A stretch of 20,000 bases of DNA from Catajapyx aquilonaris. Its lineage: Eukaryota. The stretch is taken from positions 55,324 through 75,323 of the forward strand of contig JYFJ02001598.1 of NCBI GenBank assembly GCA_000934665.2, read 5' to 3'. The position numbers were made by a program, and so were the translations under genes. Of this stretch, positions 1 through 11,152 are shown one piece after another. The notes beneath the pieces are model-generated. The model ran no database searches. It saw only the letters and a list, made by a program, of their open reading frames with translations, and was not told the DNA's origin. The stretch's first letter is position 1, and each line of letters opens with the position of its first letter.

Positions 1-797
1 CACGACAACGACAGAGTGATTTGAACTAGATGATCATTGTGAATTTAAAATACGTACCTAAAATACATTGATTTTTCAAGGTCCAAATAACATCACCATT
101 GTCGTTAGTTACAATAACAGTATTCACAAAGGTGATGTCACTTAAGAAGTTATAAAAATCGAAGTCTATATAATTTGCCGATAACTTGAGCGATGTTCGG
201 CAAAAATTTCGCACGCGGCAATTACCCGCAGATATGCCGCAATTTGGGCCCGTCGACGATGTCTCGGAGCACCGTACACAATTCGCAGCGGCGCGGCGTG
301 GCGTGGGAAAATGGTCTGCGAGGGCACAGGGGTCTATGGGTGAGTGAACGGGGAGGGGTTGAAGTAATTCGATGTGAAAGGAAAAGGCAGAGACGATCAT
401 AATGTGGAAGTTTTCAACCGAGCCCGGTTTATGTATTTACCCTTATACTTGGCAACAAACGCCAATGCTTTCAACCAAGTTACTAATAGCATTTACTTTT
501 ACGTTCCAATGCAGACGCTTACAGAAAGATGAGCACCCTTCCCTTTTTTTTTTGTTTGTCAAAACTCTCACGAATTGCTCAAGACCTTTTCTGTTTACAT
601 AATAAAAAGCACCTAAATCAGGCATAACGTGTTTTCTAACCCGAGTGCTGCATAGCTTATATAGGAACGTTTCCTTGCCCTGAAAATATTGTTTTTCTGA
701 TGCAGAGGCAGAGCAGAGAGGGCGCCGAACCCGGCTTGAAAAACCTTCCTGACGAAATCTTGAATAGGCGCTTATGAGTGTGTATGTCATCAGAGCT

Positions 798-811
798 GTT
801 TCCATGGTAAC
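798..811. promoter_or_regulatory. RFX X-box-like motif
   Basis: GTTTCCATGGTAAC matches the near-palindromic RFX X-box consensus. It lies in a relatively CpG-rich stretch, but no linked gene is visible. Confidence 0.3.
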
Positions 812-3049
812 AACGTTCCTACAGTATTTGTGAACGATTTGGGCGTTTTCGCGTAAATATTTTCCCGACGCGAGTGCTGCCCGGGGTGCGGCAAAATTCT
901 TATTTCAACAGCAGTATAAAGTCCAATTTGGAGCTTTATTGTTCGTCTGGTGGACATGTGGCTTATTAACATGTTTATGCAAATTGTAAATGAAGGAAAT
1001 GAGATACACTACACCATAATAGACTCAGGTCATAGTGTAGTTTTTACAGTACCTGCCATTTATAGCTCCGCTGTAGTTCCGGATTAAAAATAACATATAG
1101 TCGAATCCCCTTGGATTTAGAGAGTTCCAATAGGCCGGCGGGTCGTTGCGTAACAATTTTACGGTTGCATGCGAGGAATTTGAAAGTGGATCCAGCTCAT
1201 TACAGATTGATAAGTGGCAAAATTTTGTGGGAGCAAAATGAAGCTTGCCCCACTCCAGTTTGAGAATCTGATAATGTGCGTGTTTTCCACGACAAAAAAA
1301 ATCATGGCGTATTTATGAGGTACGGTCATAGCCGTTTCAGCTACTAGCAAGTGCCACAATCGACATCGAAATTGTCAAACCTATATCCTCTAGCCGCATC
1401 CATCACTCGGAGAACACCATATATCCCTCCCCCACAATTCGTTCTTTGGCTCCTCTCCGCATGCAGTCCGCAACTTAGCCACCTACCACCCCACCATGTC
1501 CCTGGAGGTCATCAGGAATCAATATTAAGTAAGGGGGCTGAGGGAGGTGAGGAACAGCCCGTGTGCGACGGTGCACCCTTTCTTTTCACCCGTTCCCATC
1601 ACCCATCACTCTTTTTTTTCCTTTTTGCCAACTTCTACCTAAAAGCATTCTCCGGCAAGAAAAAAAACTCAATGACATGAATAATGGAAATCATATGTCA
1701 TGATACATTTAGAATCTCGCACTTTTCACATCCAGGGCTCAAATTTTTGCAAAACTGTTCCCCCGGGCAGGGATTCATATATGCTATACAGTTCTTGTTG
1801 AGAAGATGCATGAGGATATAGCAGGCTAATCAGAAACAGCCGGCTCGCCCTAAATGAAATCCCGGGGATAGGAGCTCATATCAGGGATGGTGAGTTCAAC
1901 GAGTCAAACATACCTCAACCCATTGAAAATCCCTCACGAGTGAGCCACTTATCCCGTTGTCTCCATTTGGCACGTGTATGAGTGGCAATCAGCAAAGGCA
2001 TTTTCTAATAAAATAGCCATGGTTAATTTTCCTGCCCATTCTATTTCTGCCTGCTTGGATCCCTCAGGCGAAGATGGGTTGAAATGAAGCGTATGATGTG
2101 GGGAAAGCGGATATAGGTCAACCCCTGGTCGTCGGGGCAACCTGAACCCCTACTCTTGCTCACCAGCATTAAGTGGAGGAGACTACGCAGTTTGATTTGA
2201 GTTTTTGCATCCTAACCCGTCGGATTAGTTAGCTCTTTTTCGTAGTCAACAACTTATAATATAAGGAGGATAGAAAGATTTTCTCTTGGAGTCAAGCAGC
2301 AGGTCGGATGCGTTTCGTATTACCCGTGCTTTTTCACCTCGACAAGGGGGGGCTCCTGAATTAGCATCGTGGGAGATCATTAGTGAAACTGAGTTATTTC
2401 GAGGGCTTCTCAGGAAACGCTATTTTGTCGACTGAAATGCGTAGGTGTCTTAATACGTATGCTTTCATGCATACTGTTAACTCCCGGCTGGAGGCTTTCA
2501 AATGTAGTCTTGTTTTCTTAGGAACGTAATGTTCGCCTTCATGGCTTAAAATTTGACGTTGAGGTTTGCTGCTTAGGGCAGAAAATCCAACTACTTTGTA
2601 TGCGAAACCTGGCTTCACTGCACTTAACGAGTTATACTCATATGTGCCGTGCTTATTACAATAATGTAAAGCGTGTTAACACATGCGCAGTACTAGCGGG
2701 TGAAGCCATGTTTCACAATTTCGTGTGATTTTCTTGACGGGAATAAATAAGATTTTCCTCTTTCCGTGATAACATTTTCTCCAAGAAACCGTAATAGCAT
2801 CTTAGTTTGAATCTCGCCTCCCGACACCCACAAAAACCATTCCTATAACCTCATCTCTATCGTCTATTTCCATCTCTACATTATTAACTTAACAGATCCG
2901 GTTTCCCAAGGAAACCCTTCCGCAGCATTTTCGAAAATGTATTAAATGGCGTGTTGGTTCGCGACGTTCAATATACACCTGCTACTTACGGCTTCGTTCC
3001 TCATACACCTCAACCAATCAAGTCAGTCCTGATCTACCACCTTTTGTGA

Positions 3050-3700
3050 CTTTAACAGGACAATAAGGCCCCCCTGAAGGCGAAGAGTTGACATTATTTT
3101 TATATGACTTCTGTGTTCACACAGAGGGTCCCGTTTATTATTACCTATCCCGGTTTCTTCGTTTCTATTTCCACCTATCCCACCTTTGTGTCTTCTAATA
3201 CTATAATAGCCAGTGAGCCTAGTTACCTTGGCTCCTTCCCAATCAAACAAACAATTACCTATCCCCTCACCTTCGCTTGGCCAGGCCTTTTTCCCAGTTT
3301 TATCTTTCGCGTTCTGATAGGTTTTTGATTCCCTTACAATGGTGAAGAGAAAAGGTCTGGTACATCAAAGATTTAGTAGAAAAGGGTTTCCTGATATGTA
3401 AGCATATTAATGCCTCGTTGGGATTTTCCCCATGAATAATTATATCAATGAAGCTGCATTCGACTTGTCTATTGCTTCGCTTATCCGACATTTTATTACA
3501 GGGTGGCAACAGCTGAATGAAATTCAGTACCACATAAATTGTGTACTGAGTTGCCGTCAGCTTTTGACGGCCGTCAAAAATGGGAGGATAAACCAGGGGT
3601 ATGAAAGATTCGTTGTAGCCTATATCTGAATAAGGATGGAAGCTATGCCAACAATTAAGATCCACATGACAGGGATGATGTTTTAGCTGAGTCTTTGATC
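3050..3700 (-). pseudogene. Highly decayed LINE reverse-transcriptase relic
   Basis: Minus-strand peptides appear in RT order: IQLLPPCNKMSDK (cf. ISLLPxxSKxxEK), ALICLHIRKPF (cf. AIFLDIxKAF), IKNLSER (cf. IKSFLSxR) and IGNCLFDW. Very degenerate; boundaries approximate. Confidence 0.35.
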
Positions 3701-3821
3701 TAAAAAGCCAGTACCAGTTAAAATTTAATGCCATAGGCACAATAACTAAACCACATATAGCCTAGGCGAAAGTACAGCGGTTGTCAGCGGAGTTTCTGGT
3801 TACGTCAAGGGTTACGTTCCA

Positions 3822-3886
3822 GTGACTATTCTATCAACTCTTCCTCGTTCCCTCTGTTCGGATCGTCAACTTGGGCAGACACCCTG
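3822..3886. mobile_element. Terminus of a Tc1/mariner-type MITE (same family as 6997-7230)
   Basis: GTGACTATTCTATCAACTC...ATCGTCAACTTGGGCAGACACCCTG followed by TA resembles 7162-7230 (GTGACTAATCCATCAACTC...ATCGTCAACATGGGCAGAGAAACACCCTA). No convincing partner TIR was found. Confidence 0.6.
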
Positions 3887-4446
3887 TATAATGGATGGCA
3901 ACAGCTTTAAAAATACTACACTTTCCTACACAATCGTGCATTACTATACTGTATATATTACACTATGATGCATCAGATTATTCTAGCAGCAAAGGGAATC
4001 CTTTTAAAAACTCTCGGACGAAGGAGCAAGTGTTTGAAAAAATGAAACAGAAGGTTCAAATCCATCAACAGATGGGAGGAAACCAATAGATATTTTTAAA
4101 AGATTTCATGATTTGGTTGTGAAGGTTTCTTGCAGGGCTCCTGCATGTTAGATACATCTGCGAATAATCTAGCTGGTGTCGAAACAGCGAACCCTCATTG
4201 ACATCTCCCTTAGGCGAGAGCAATGGCCAGGGATTAGTTCGGATGACCTCAGGACCTCACATCATCCAAACTAATCACGATGCACTGGGCTGAAACTGGG
4301 GCCCTCCCTTTCCTCATGGGACCATCTCGAGAAATTTGCAGAGACATACCATAAAACTATATTCTGCGACACTCCCAGAGAAATATGGAAATTTTCAAGA
4401 TATTAATTACGGCATGTGCTGTGACGGCGAATCAATGACAAACGGA

Positions 4447-4545
4447 CGCCGGCGGCGGTAACGGTCGCGCCTATGCTGGTTCGATCGCATGCCATGACTC
4501 CCGTTTCATTTGTGCAGAGAGGTTTCTCCGGCTGTGCTCCTGGGG
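4447..4545 (+). mobile_element. Degenerate tRNA-derived SINE fragment
   Basis: A-box-like GGCGGTAACGG, B-box-like GGTTCGATC (4478-4486), then a SINE-body-like GAGAGGTTTCTCCGG. The A-B spacing is shortened. Confidence 0.35.
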
Positions 4546-4948
4546 TGGAACTGTCACCACACGGGGTAACGCTGATATCTCTAATGAGTTCCTGAAACTC
4601 GACGAGACTCTGCATGCAGATACAACCAGGCATTTGCAGTTTTTAACTCATTTATTTTCTTTTTGTAGGCACTGAAGAGTTTCTAGACACTAATAGGCTT
4701 GTACAGAATTTTTTACGTAAATGAATTTATATGAATGGATCGTAGGAGCTTGAGATTGGAGCCATATTCATTGGGCTCTTTTCTTTTAGGACACCTCCCA
4801 AATTATCTGGTATATCGGCCCAAAAAACATAACTACCCATCAAATTGAGCTATGCACCCCTCAATACAGTGAGGAGTCCGAAGGAGCGCCTTATTGGTTT
4901 AATATTATATTAGGGGCACGCCTTCTAAATTCAGTCAGAGATGGGTCA

Positions 4949-6355
4949 TCGCAAGTGGGGGTGATTTTGTGACAGTAATTTTTTGGGTTTTTCGTATCAG
5001 CAGAAACGGTTTAATGTTTTTCCATTAAATGTTTTGTTGATTTTTGTACCCTTATTCCTTCCTCTACATATCCGTGTGCAGATCATCTCGATAACTTTGT
5101 CCGTTACAAAAATATTCACATTTACATCTGTCACAAAGTCACCCTACAGTGCTTTGTGACAGTGGTATTTCCTTAATCCTTAACTACGTAGGTGGGTGAA
5201 ACACCTTTAACTACGTAGGTGGAGCCTGAGAGGCTCCAACGGTATATTTAAATTTCTGCTTATCAACTAAATTGTTATATTGGACTTTTCACATACAGAA
5301 AGGGCAGTTCAGATCATTAGGCTTCCGATAACGTAAAAATCACACGCTGAGTCTGCATATTCCGACAGGGAAAAATTCTTAATTAAAAGGTTACATCATG
5401 CTTGAGCCGCTCAGTCTTCACCTGCATAGGTAGAGCCAGTATAGAGTCCAGGAGGGACCTGTTCCTCGTTACGAATTTTTTTAAACCAAACAATAGGGAC
5501 TAAAAAAAAATTCTTTCCTTTTCATGCGTAGGAAGGTTTGTCTGACAAAGTCACGGAAGGACAGGGGAAAATAAAATTCGATGAAAAAGTTACATGCGTT
5601 TAAATAGTGCTTGGAGCCTCTCAGGCTCCACCTACGTAGTTAAGGGTTAAGGTTAAACACGATAACCAGAAAATATAACAAAGTATCCCCACAAACTCTT
5701 TATTTTAGACAAATTTTCACCTTTACCATAAATATTTTATAAAATTGATCATTTAGAATGTAATATTGTGAAAAACATTTGGTCATTTTTTGGGTCTTCA
5801 GGTCCTTAACTTCGTAATGTCCTCGGCGGCTGATTTCTTTGGATTTTAATTTGGATGTGTATAATTTCGAGTGGTACGGTACCCTAAAGGACCGGTCCAT
5901 ATGGTGAAAACAGTAAATAATATCCTTGGAGTGACTTTGTGACAAGTTTATGCTATCACAAAGTCACCCCGCAACAGTACGAAATTCATTTAACACCCTA
6001 GTATCTTCTACTAGTACAAAACAAGGTCAAGCTTGCTTCAAGTTAAATAATTTCTTAGCCAATGAATTTGTGTTCAAAAAAATGTACATGTTTTACTCTC
6101 TTCCCAACTATGCCAGTAGCTATTAGGGAAAGTAGTTGGAAGAAGTGCCAACAATAATACTCGCAGTTTTCAAACTTGGAATATGACTGCCAATAATGCT
6201 CGAGGTGTAGGAGCATCCCATGTTAGCTACTAGGTAGCACAACATACGTAGCCATCTACTGGGGCTGGTCGCAGTCAAAAATGCCAAATAATAGTGGCGC
6301 GAGATTCGAAAAACTGATTTGTCACAGTCAGCCCGCATGTCACAAAGTCTTACGG
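4949..6355. mobile_element. Old pogo/Tc1-like non-autonomous DNA transposon with repeated GGTGACTTTGTGACA motif
   Basis: Left end TCGCAAGTGGGGGTGATTTTGTGACA pairs with right end TGTCACAAAGTC(deletion)TTACGG. Internal copies of the motif occur in both orientations at 5129-5144, 5149-5162, 5928-5944, 5954-5970 and 6320-6336. TSDs have decayed. An alternative TA-flanked right end exists near 5977. Confidence 0.62.
5177..5646. mobile_element. piggyBac-type MITE
   Basis: TTAA at 5173-5176 and 5647-5650. The 36-bp TIR CCCTTAACTACGTAGGTGGAGCCTGAGAGGCTCCAA matches 35/36 between 5204-5239 and 5611-5646. There is an extra outer partial TIR at 5177-5195, and the TIR contains the palindrome GGAGCCT-GAG-AGGCTCC. 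Confidence 0.9.
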
Positions 6356-6654
6356 TTTCTGTTTTTTAAATATGCTTTTTGGACTATTATGAATGTGTAA
6401 CATGTGCAGAAGACGTTAATATTTTTCAATAGCCACGTTATTGCTTGCCATTATTATTAGTCTGCTGAGAGATATATCAATCAAAAATTTGTAACAATCC
6501 GGTAGTACCATATGAATTTAGGCTATGTAATTGTGTCAATCCCGGTTTGAAACCCCTATGTAATCACTGCAACAATTTGTGTTAAGTATGTACGCAGTAG
6601 TTTTAACACCTGTTGTGGTATGGGTCATGCTTTGGCAAGCCACTTAATAGACAT

Positions 6655-6705
6655 GCAGCCTATACTATAGCATATAGGCAGCCTATACTATAGCATATAG
6701 GCAGC
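6655..6705. repeat. 23-bp tandem duplication
   Basis: GCAGCCTATACTATAGCATATAG x2 exact, followed by GCAGC (5-bp microhomology). Confidence 0.95.
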
Positions 6706-6996
6706 AATAATGTTGAGGAGATACAGCTTTCTCTTGATACATTATTATTATTGAGCATGCATCCTGTGAAGAATATCTCAGGTTTGGGCTGGGTTGCATG
6801 AACTATGGTAAACCATGAATAAACAATTAATTCTATACAAATAACATGGGATCAACCACTCTTGCAACCACTTGTTCTGGGTTTACCTCGTTTATGCCTT
6901 AATAATCTTCCCTCGGATCCAATGGCGAGTGTCGTACGTAGCATATAGAGAATATACCAAAACCTCTCGCCATTAATAATTAGGGTCAACCAGCTG

Positions 6997-7230
6997 CAGG
7001 ATGTTCCTTTGCCGAAGAAGACGATCCGTAGAGGCAAGACGGGGAATAGATGATGAAGTAACACCCCTTGCAATATAAACAAAGTCGTCGGCATGCAAAA
7101 AGACAATGGAAGACCCAAACCTCGTGCCAAGACTGGATTGGTACTCAAATGTTGTCCAGGGGTGACTAATCCATCAACTCTCCCCCGCCTCCCCTCTACG
7201 TATCGTCAACATGGGCAGAGAAACACCCTA
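6997..7230. mobile_element. Old Tc1/mariner-type MITE with long imperfect TIRs
   Basis: CAGGATGTTCCTTTGCCGAAGAAGACGATCCGTAGAGG...CACCCCTTG aligns over about 75 bp with the reverse complement of 7153-7230 (TAGGGTGTTTCTCTGCCCATGTTGACGATACGTAGAGG...CACCCCTGG). Right flank is TA; left flank is TG. Confidence 0.75.
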
Positions 7231-7232
7231 TA

Positions 7233-7434
7233 CAGGATGTTCCAAGTTCGTGGGGCGTTGTAGTTAAATTTTCTTGTAGCTTGTTGCGCCCCGATCCCAG
7301 TGCCCTACCTATTCTATTGAAACGGGTATATTCGACCACCTGGGAGTAATGGGGGCACAACAAGCTACAAAAAATAACTACTTTGGGCAATATTAGTGAT
7401 AACTAAAAATTATTCACGAACTTGGAACACCCTG
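7233..7434. mobile_element. Tc1/mariner-type MITE, 202 bp
   Basis: TA|CAGGATGTTCCAAGTTCGTG ... CACGAACTTGGAACACCCTG|TA: a 20-bp TIR with 1 mismatch and TA TSDs at 7231-7232 and 7435-7436. Confidence 0.9.
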
Positions 7435-8703
7435 TATATCGCTAGTAATTCAGCTTTGAAAGATTTCACTATACATCCATTACCCGAGTAATGCACATTC
7501 TAAATTTTCCTCTCTTGCCATTGCCGATTCTTTAACACAAAGCAAACATACTGTAGGCTACACTGTTTCTTTTAGCACAGTAATTACAAGCTGTGCAACA
7601 TAATTAATTCCCCTTTTAGAGTGACAGAGCAGCAATAATTCCATTCATACACACTGTACAGTGCAAATATACGATAAGTTATATCCGAAGAACTGTACCT
7701 GTGGGCGGTGTTTCCTGCCAACGAGTCACTCCTGCTTACTCTTGAACAGTGTAGAAGCCAGCGCATTTTCTCGGAAATGTAACCTTATTAACAGCGATTG
7801 GAAGTAAAGATGACATTATTACCGATAAACGGAACCAGATACGCTTCTGCTCAACCGAATTCCGCGGAAGATGACATCCTCGGGATAAGTTTCTAACAGG
7901 TATATACCGAGAATCTTTCTATTTTTTGCGCCTATAATGCAATGATGCCAGGTGGGGGTTTAGTTACAGGAACTTGACGCCTGACTCAATTGAACATCGT
8001 GTGCCTTTTTCGCCAAATATAGCAATATTCCGAGCATCTCGCTCTCTTTTCAACACACCTGATTCATCTGAATCGATCGAGCAGTAAGGAAAAAGCATTA
8101 GACTCTTGGGTTGTCGTGTTCAATCATAATTATTGTCAGTGCTGGCTGCGGTATTGCCTCCTTTTATTCGACAGAGAGAGGTTATTATTGTTACTAAATT
8201 GCAACCGGATAGTTAGTAGGACTTGCCACGGAAGAACAACTAGACTCTGATATAATAATAGAGGCGGGATGAATCGTAATGAGCTTGTTTTGATAAATCT
8301 CAGCGAATCATGCAATTACGCAAGAAAACATATTGTCACATTTGGGATGAATGTACTACCTGATGTAGGCAATTCAGACCACTATTGCACTGTCTAGCCC
8401 GTAACATTTTAAGAATGGAAAATTTCAAATTGTTTCATAGGTCAGTGTTAATTTGTGCTCGTCTCTGTCACATAGGCCTATGTGGCGTTTCGAGAGAAGT
8501 AGCATAATTATGTCTATGTTCTATAGTGTGAAATAAATAGGAACATTAATTTGTCGTTCCTACAAAGCATTAATTTTAGTTCGCGATTTCAATGCCGGAT
8601 AGATTTGGTATTTTATTTTTGGAGAGGCGGTCCATTTAATTTGGAACGTTTTGGACAGATATGAAATGTCCCGAAAACACCTAAATCGCAGCAGGTTTTT
8701 TGT

Positions 8704-8811
8704 AGGTATACTAGTAGATTATATGTAATGGACGTCTTCCCTAATGTACCCGCCTGGGTGAGTGGGAATAAACAATTGTTATAATATTTTTAAAAAAGGT
8801 ATACTAGTAGA
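8704..8811 (+). mobile_element. Short retroposed insertion (5'-truncated LINE 3' end) with 15-bp TSD
   Basis: Exact direct repeat AGGTATACTAGTAGA at 8704-8718 and 8797-8811 flanks 78 bp that contain AATAAA (8767-8772) and end in an AT-rich/oligo-A tract. Confidence 0.6.
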
Positions 8812-8892
8812 CTATTTAATAAATAAGTGGCAGGTGTGTATTGCTACAGGTAACAAGTCCAACCCTGCATCATGTACGTTACCATGCATGTA

Positions 8893-9486
8893 CAGTAAAA
8901 CTTCTATAAGTCGAACTTCCCTAAGTCGAAGTACTCTATAAGTCGAATAAAATGATGAGCTTGGTTGGTCACAATGTAAAATAATAGGAAATAAACTTCC
9001 CTAACTCGAATTTCTATAACTCGAAGTTCTCCATAACTCGAAGTGCAGGCAGGGCCTTACGATGGGACATCAATTTTCAGTGTCCCTAAGTCGAAGTTCA
9101 TGTTGGCGAGTACGGAAAATTTTCTCCTTTCCCAGCCGAAGGGTCGAGAGTAGGCCACATGTACAGAAAGGCTCAATTTCCTGATCTCCGTCTACCAGAC
9201 GTACCGAAAGAAGTGTTTGACTCGATTGTGACAATTGAATCCTTGAATCTAAGAGTAGGCAAATGTCCATAACGGATATCTTTTTACACCAAAACAACGA
9301 GGAACATTGTAAATGTGATAGTGACAGTTATTTTTAAGGTTTGAGCACCTTTCGTCACTGGATATAAAGATAGGCGTCCTTATAGAGTTCTGTCCTCAAA
9401 AAAGCCAAACTTCTCTAACTCGAATCTTCCATAACTCGAAGTTTTTTTCCGGTCCCATGGAGATTCGACTTATAGAAGTTTCACTG
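8893..9486. mobile_element. pogo/Tigger-like MITE, 594 bp
   Basis: TA|CAGTAAAACTTCTATAAGTCGAA ... TTCGACTTATAGAAGTTTCACTG|TA (23-bp TIR, 1 mismatch). About nine direct copies of the subterminal motif CTTCYMTAASTCGAA. Confidence 0.92.
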
Positions 9487-9719
9487 TATTTCCGTACCAA
9501 ATGCGTATATGATGTTTAAAACAACAGTTTAATTTCATATTATTATATTATATGATTTCATATTATTATTGATAGTCTTGGAGAACTTATCAAGTCCTGT
9601 GATATCATTTCTTCCTTTACATGCTTGTCTTTTCTGCCAATGCGACGCTATCCCCTACCCTGCACAGCAATAATCGTAATAGATACCTACAACAACACTG
9701 TCTAAACCTCTCTCACATG

Positions 9720-9786
9720 GGTACCCCATCGGGGATTGAACTCGCACCTCCAGAATTGAAAGGCTTGGAACCGATCATCGCCAGCC
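9720..9786 (-). mobile_element. tRNA-derived SINE head (degenerate)
   Basis: The minus strand reads GGCTGGCGATGATCGG (A-box-like)...GGAGGTGCGAGTTCAATCCCCG (B-box-like). It does not fold into a complete tRNA. Confidence 0.45.
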
Positions 9787-10135
9787 TTCAATCCCCATGC
9801 AGTCACTGTCCCCACCTGAAATGCATTCCTTCAATCTATGGAATGAGGCCACCGTCGGGAATCGACAAGAAACGCTACCCTAGAGCGGCCCAGCTGATCA
9901 CAATTTGACCCCATTTGGCCACAAGCAACCAAGAGGACCCTCCAAAAAAAACATTTGACAATAGCGACCTGACACCTTTCAGACACATTGTAACATTAAT
10001 AGCCTCATTAGTATGAGTAATACCGAGTTGACACCACGAGCCCCAACTGTCTTCTTACCTTAGTCAGCCACCTGAGTCGTTGGTGACGGTAGGCACTCAC
10101 ACCCGCACTGTCCGCCACCTCTTGCCAACCGTCAT

Positions 10136-10455
10136 GTGCGTGGACTGTGCGTGGCGGATGGCCATCTTAGGTCCGCTTCTCAGCAACCCTACCAGCCGGA
10201 CTGTGCCCCGGCGCAGCACTGCCTGCTGCTGCCTCACCCCGTATTGATTGGGGAGAAGAGGAGGCTGGCACACGGTACGAGCGAGGTGGTGTGGGGGAAG
10301 GTGCATGGGAGAGGCGCCGGCGCCACCTAAGTACCACCCGCCAACAGTAGCCTGCGGAGCAGCCACTCCCAAGCCACCTGCGTGCGGCGCGTGCGGCCGC
10401 CCGAATGCGCCAACTGCAGTCACTCGCGCGCTCGACTATTCTAAGGATATTCATA
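10136..10455 (+). pseudogene. GC-rich relic, possibly non-LTR retrotransposon ORF1 (gag-like Cys knuckles)
   Basis: Abrupt GC-rich block. The peptides LCVADGHLRS and CGAATPKPPACGACGRPNAPTAVTRALDY resemble decayed CCHC knuckles at the end of R1-type ORF1, but key His/Cys residues are missing. Confidence 0.3.
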
Positions 10456-11152
10456 GACTGGGACCTTTTTATTATTATTTTTCTCGCTTGTGGCTAATGT
10501 GGACGGTTGGTCAGATGGCACTTTTGGGCACGCGACCGTGCCTGGGTGGTAGTTCGAGGCTAGGTTCTGCATGCACTGGTGATTTCGTGGGGTTAGATGG
10601 GGGAATAAGTGCATATTAGCACTACATGCTATACATTTATCTACAGCTATCTATGGAATCAAATCCAAATAAGTTCTCGCATTAGTCTACCTGTGCCTGT
10701 CCTATGAGTCAAGGAACCTCTTGATGATGGTGGTGCAAACTGATGGTGAAAACGTTATTTGACGACCATCACATACTCGTTTACACTATACACAGGGCCA
10801 GTGAATCCGTGATTCCGATTTGAGGATGAGGAATGAAAACAGTCAGTGTATACTGGTGCGGATTTACTCCCACTAACATAGTCGAAATTCAAATCTGGCG
10901 GGATTTAATTTGGGGTTCAAAATGTGCTTCCTATTTGTATGGGCTCACTGAACATTCCTGTTGGATAAGGGATTTCGTTAATGGTGGGCGCCTGGTTACA
11001 TTCAACTGCTCTATTTAACAGGCGGGGATTTTTTGTGCAAAAACATGACGATTTTTAAACAGTATACGTTTATATTACCGTAGTAACACATTCAGGTTTG
11101 GTAAAAAAAATTCAGTCTCAAATGAAACTTATTGTTACAGAGCGATAGTGCT

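Noticed and set aside
1096..1120. Tigger-like start TATAGTCGAATCCC
   Set aside because: No matching inverted end in the window.
3990..4089. RTKEQVFEKMKQ as a Myb/SANT trihelix fragment
   Set aside because: Too short and lacks the conserved Trp; could be chance.
4881..4925. Imperfect hairpin GAAGGAGCGCC...GGCACGCCTTC
   Set aside because: Short and mismatched; expected by chance.
8901..9095. CRISPR-like or iteron-like short direct repeats
   Set aside because: The repeats are 15 bp, mostly adjacent without unique regular spacers, and lie inside a TA-flanked MITE; no cas genes.
10719..10760. Penelope-like hammerhead remnant (TTGATGATGG...GAAAACGTT)
   Set aside because: The core is mutated and no stem II can be formed.
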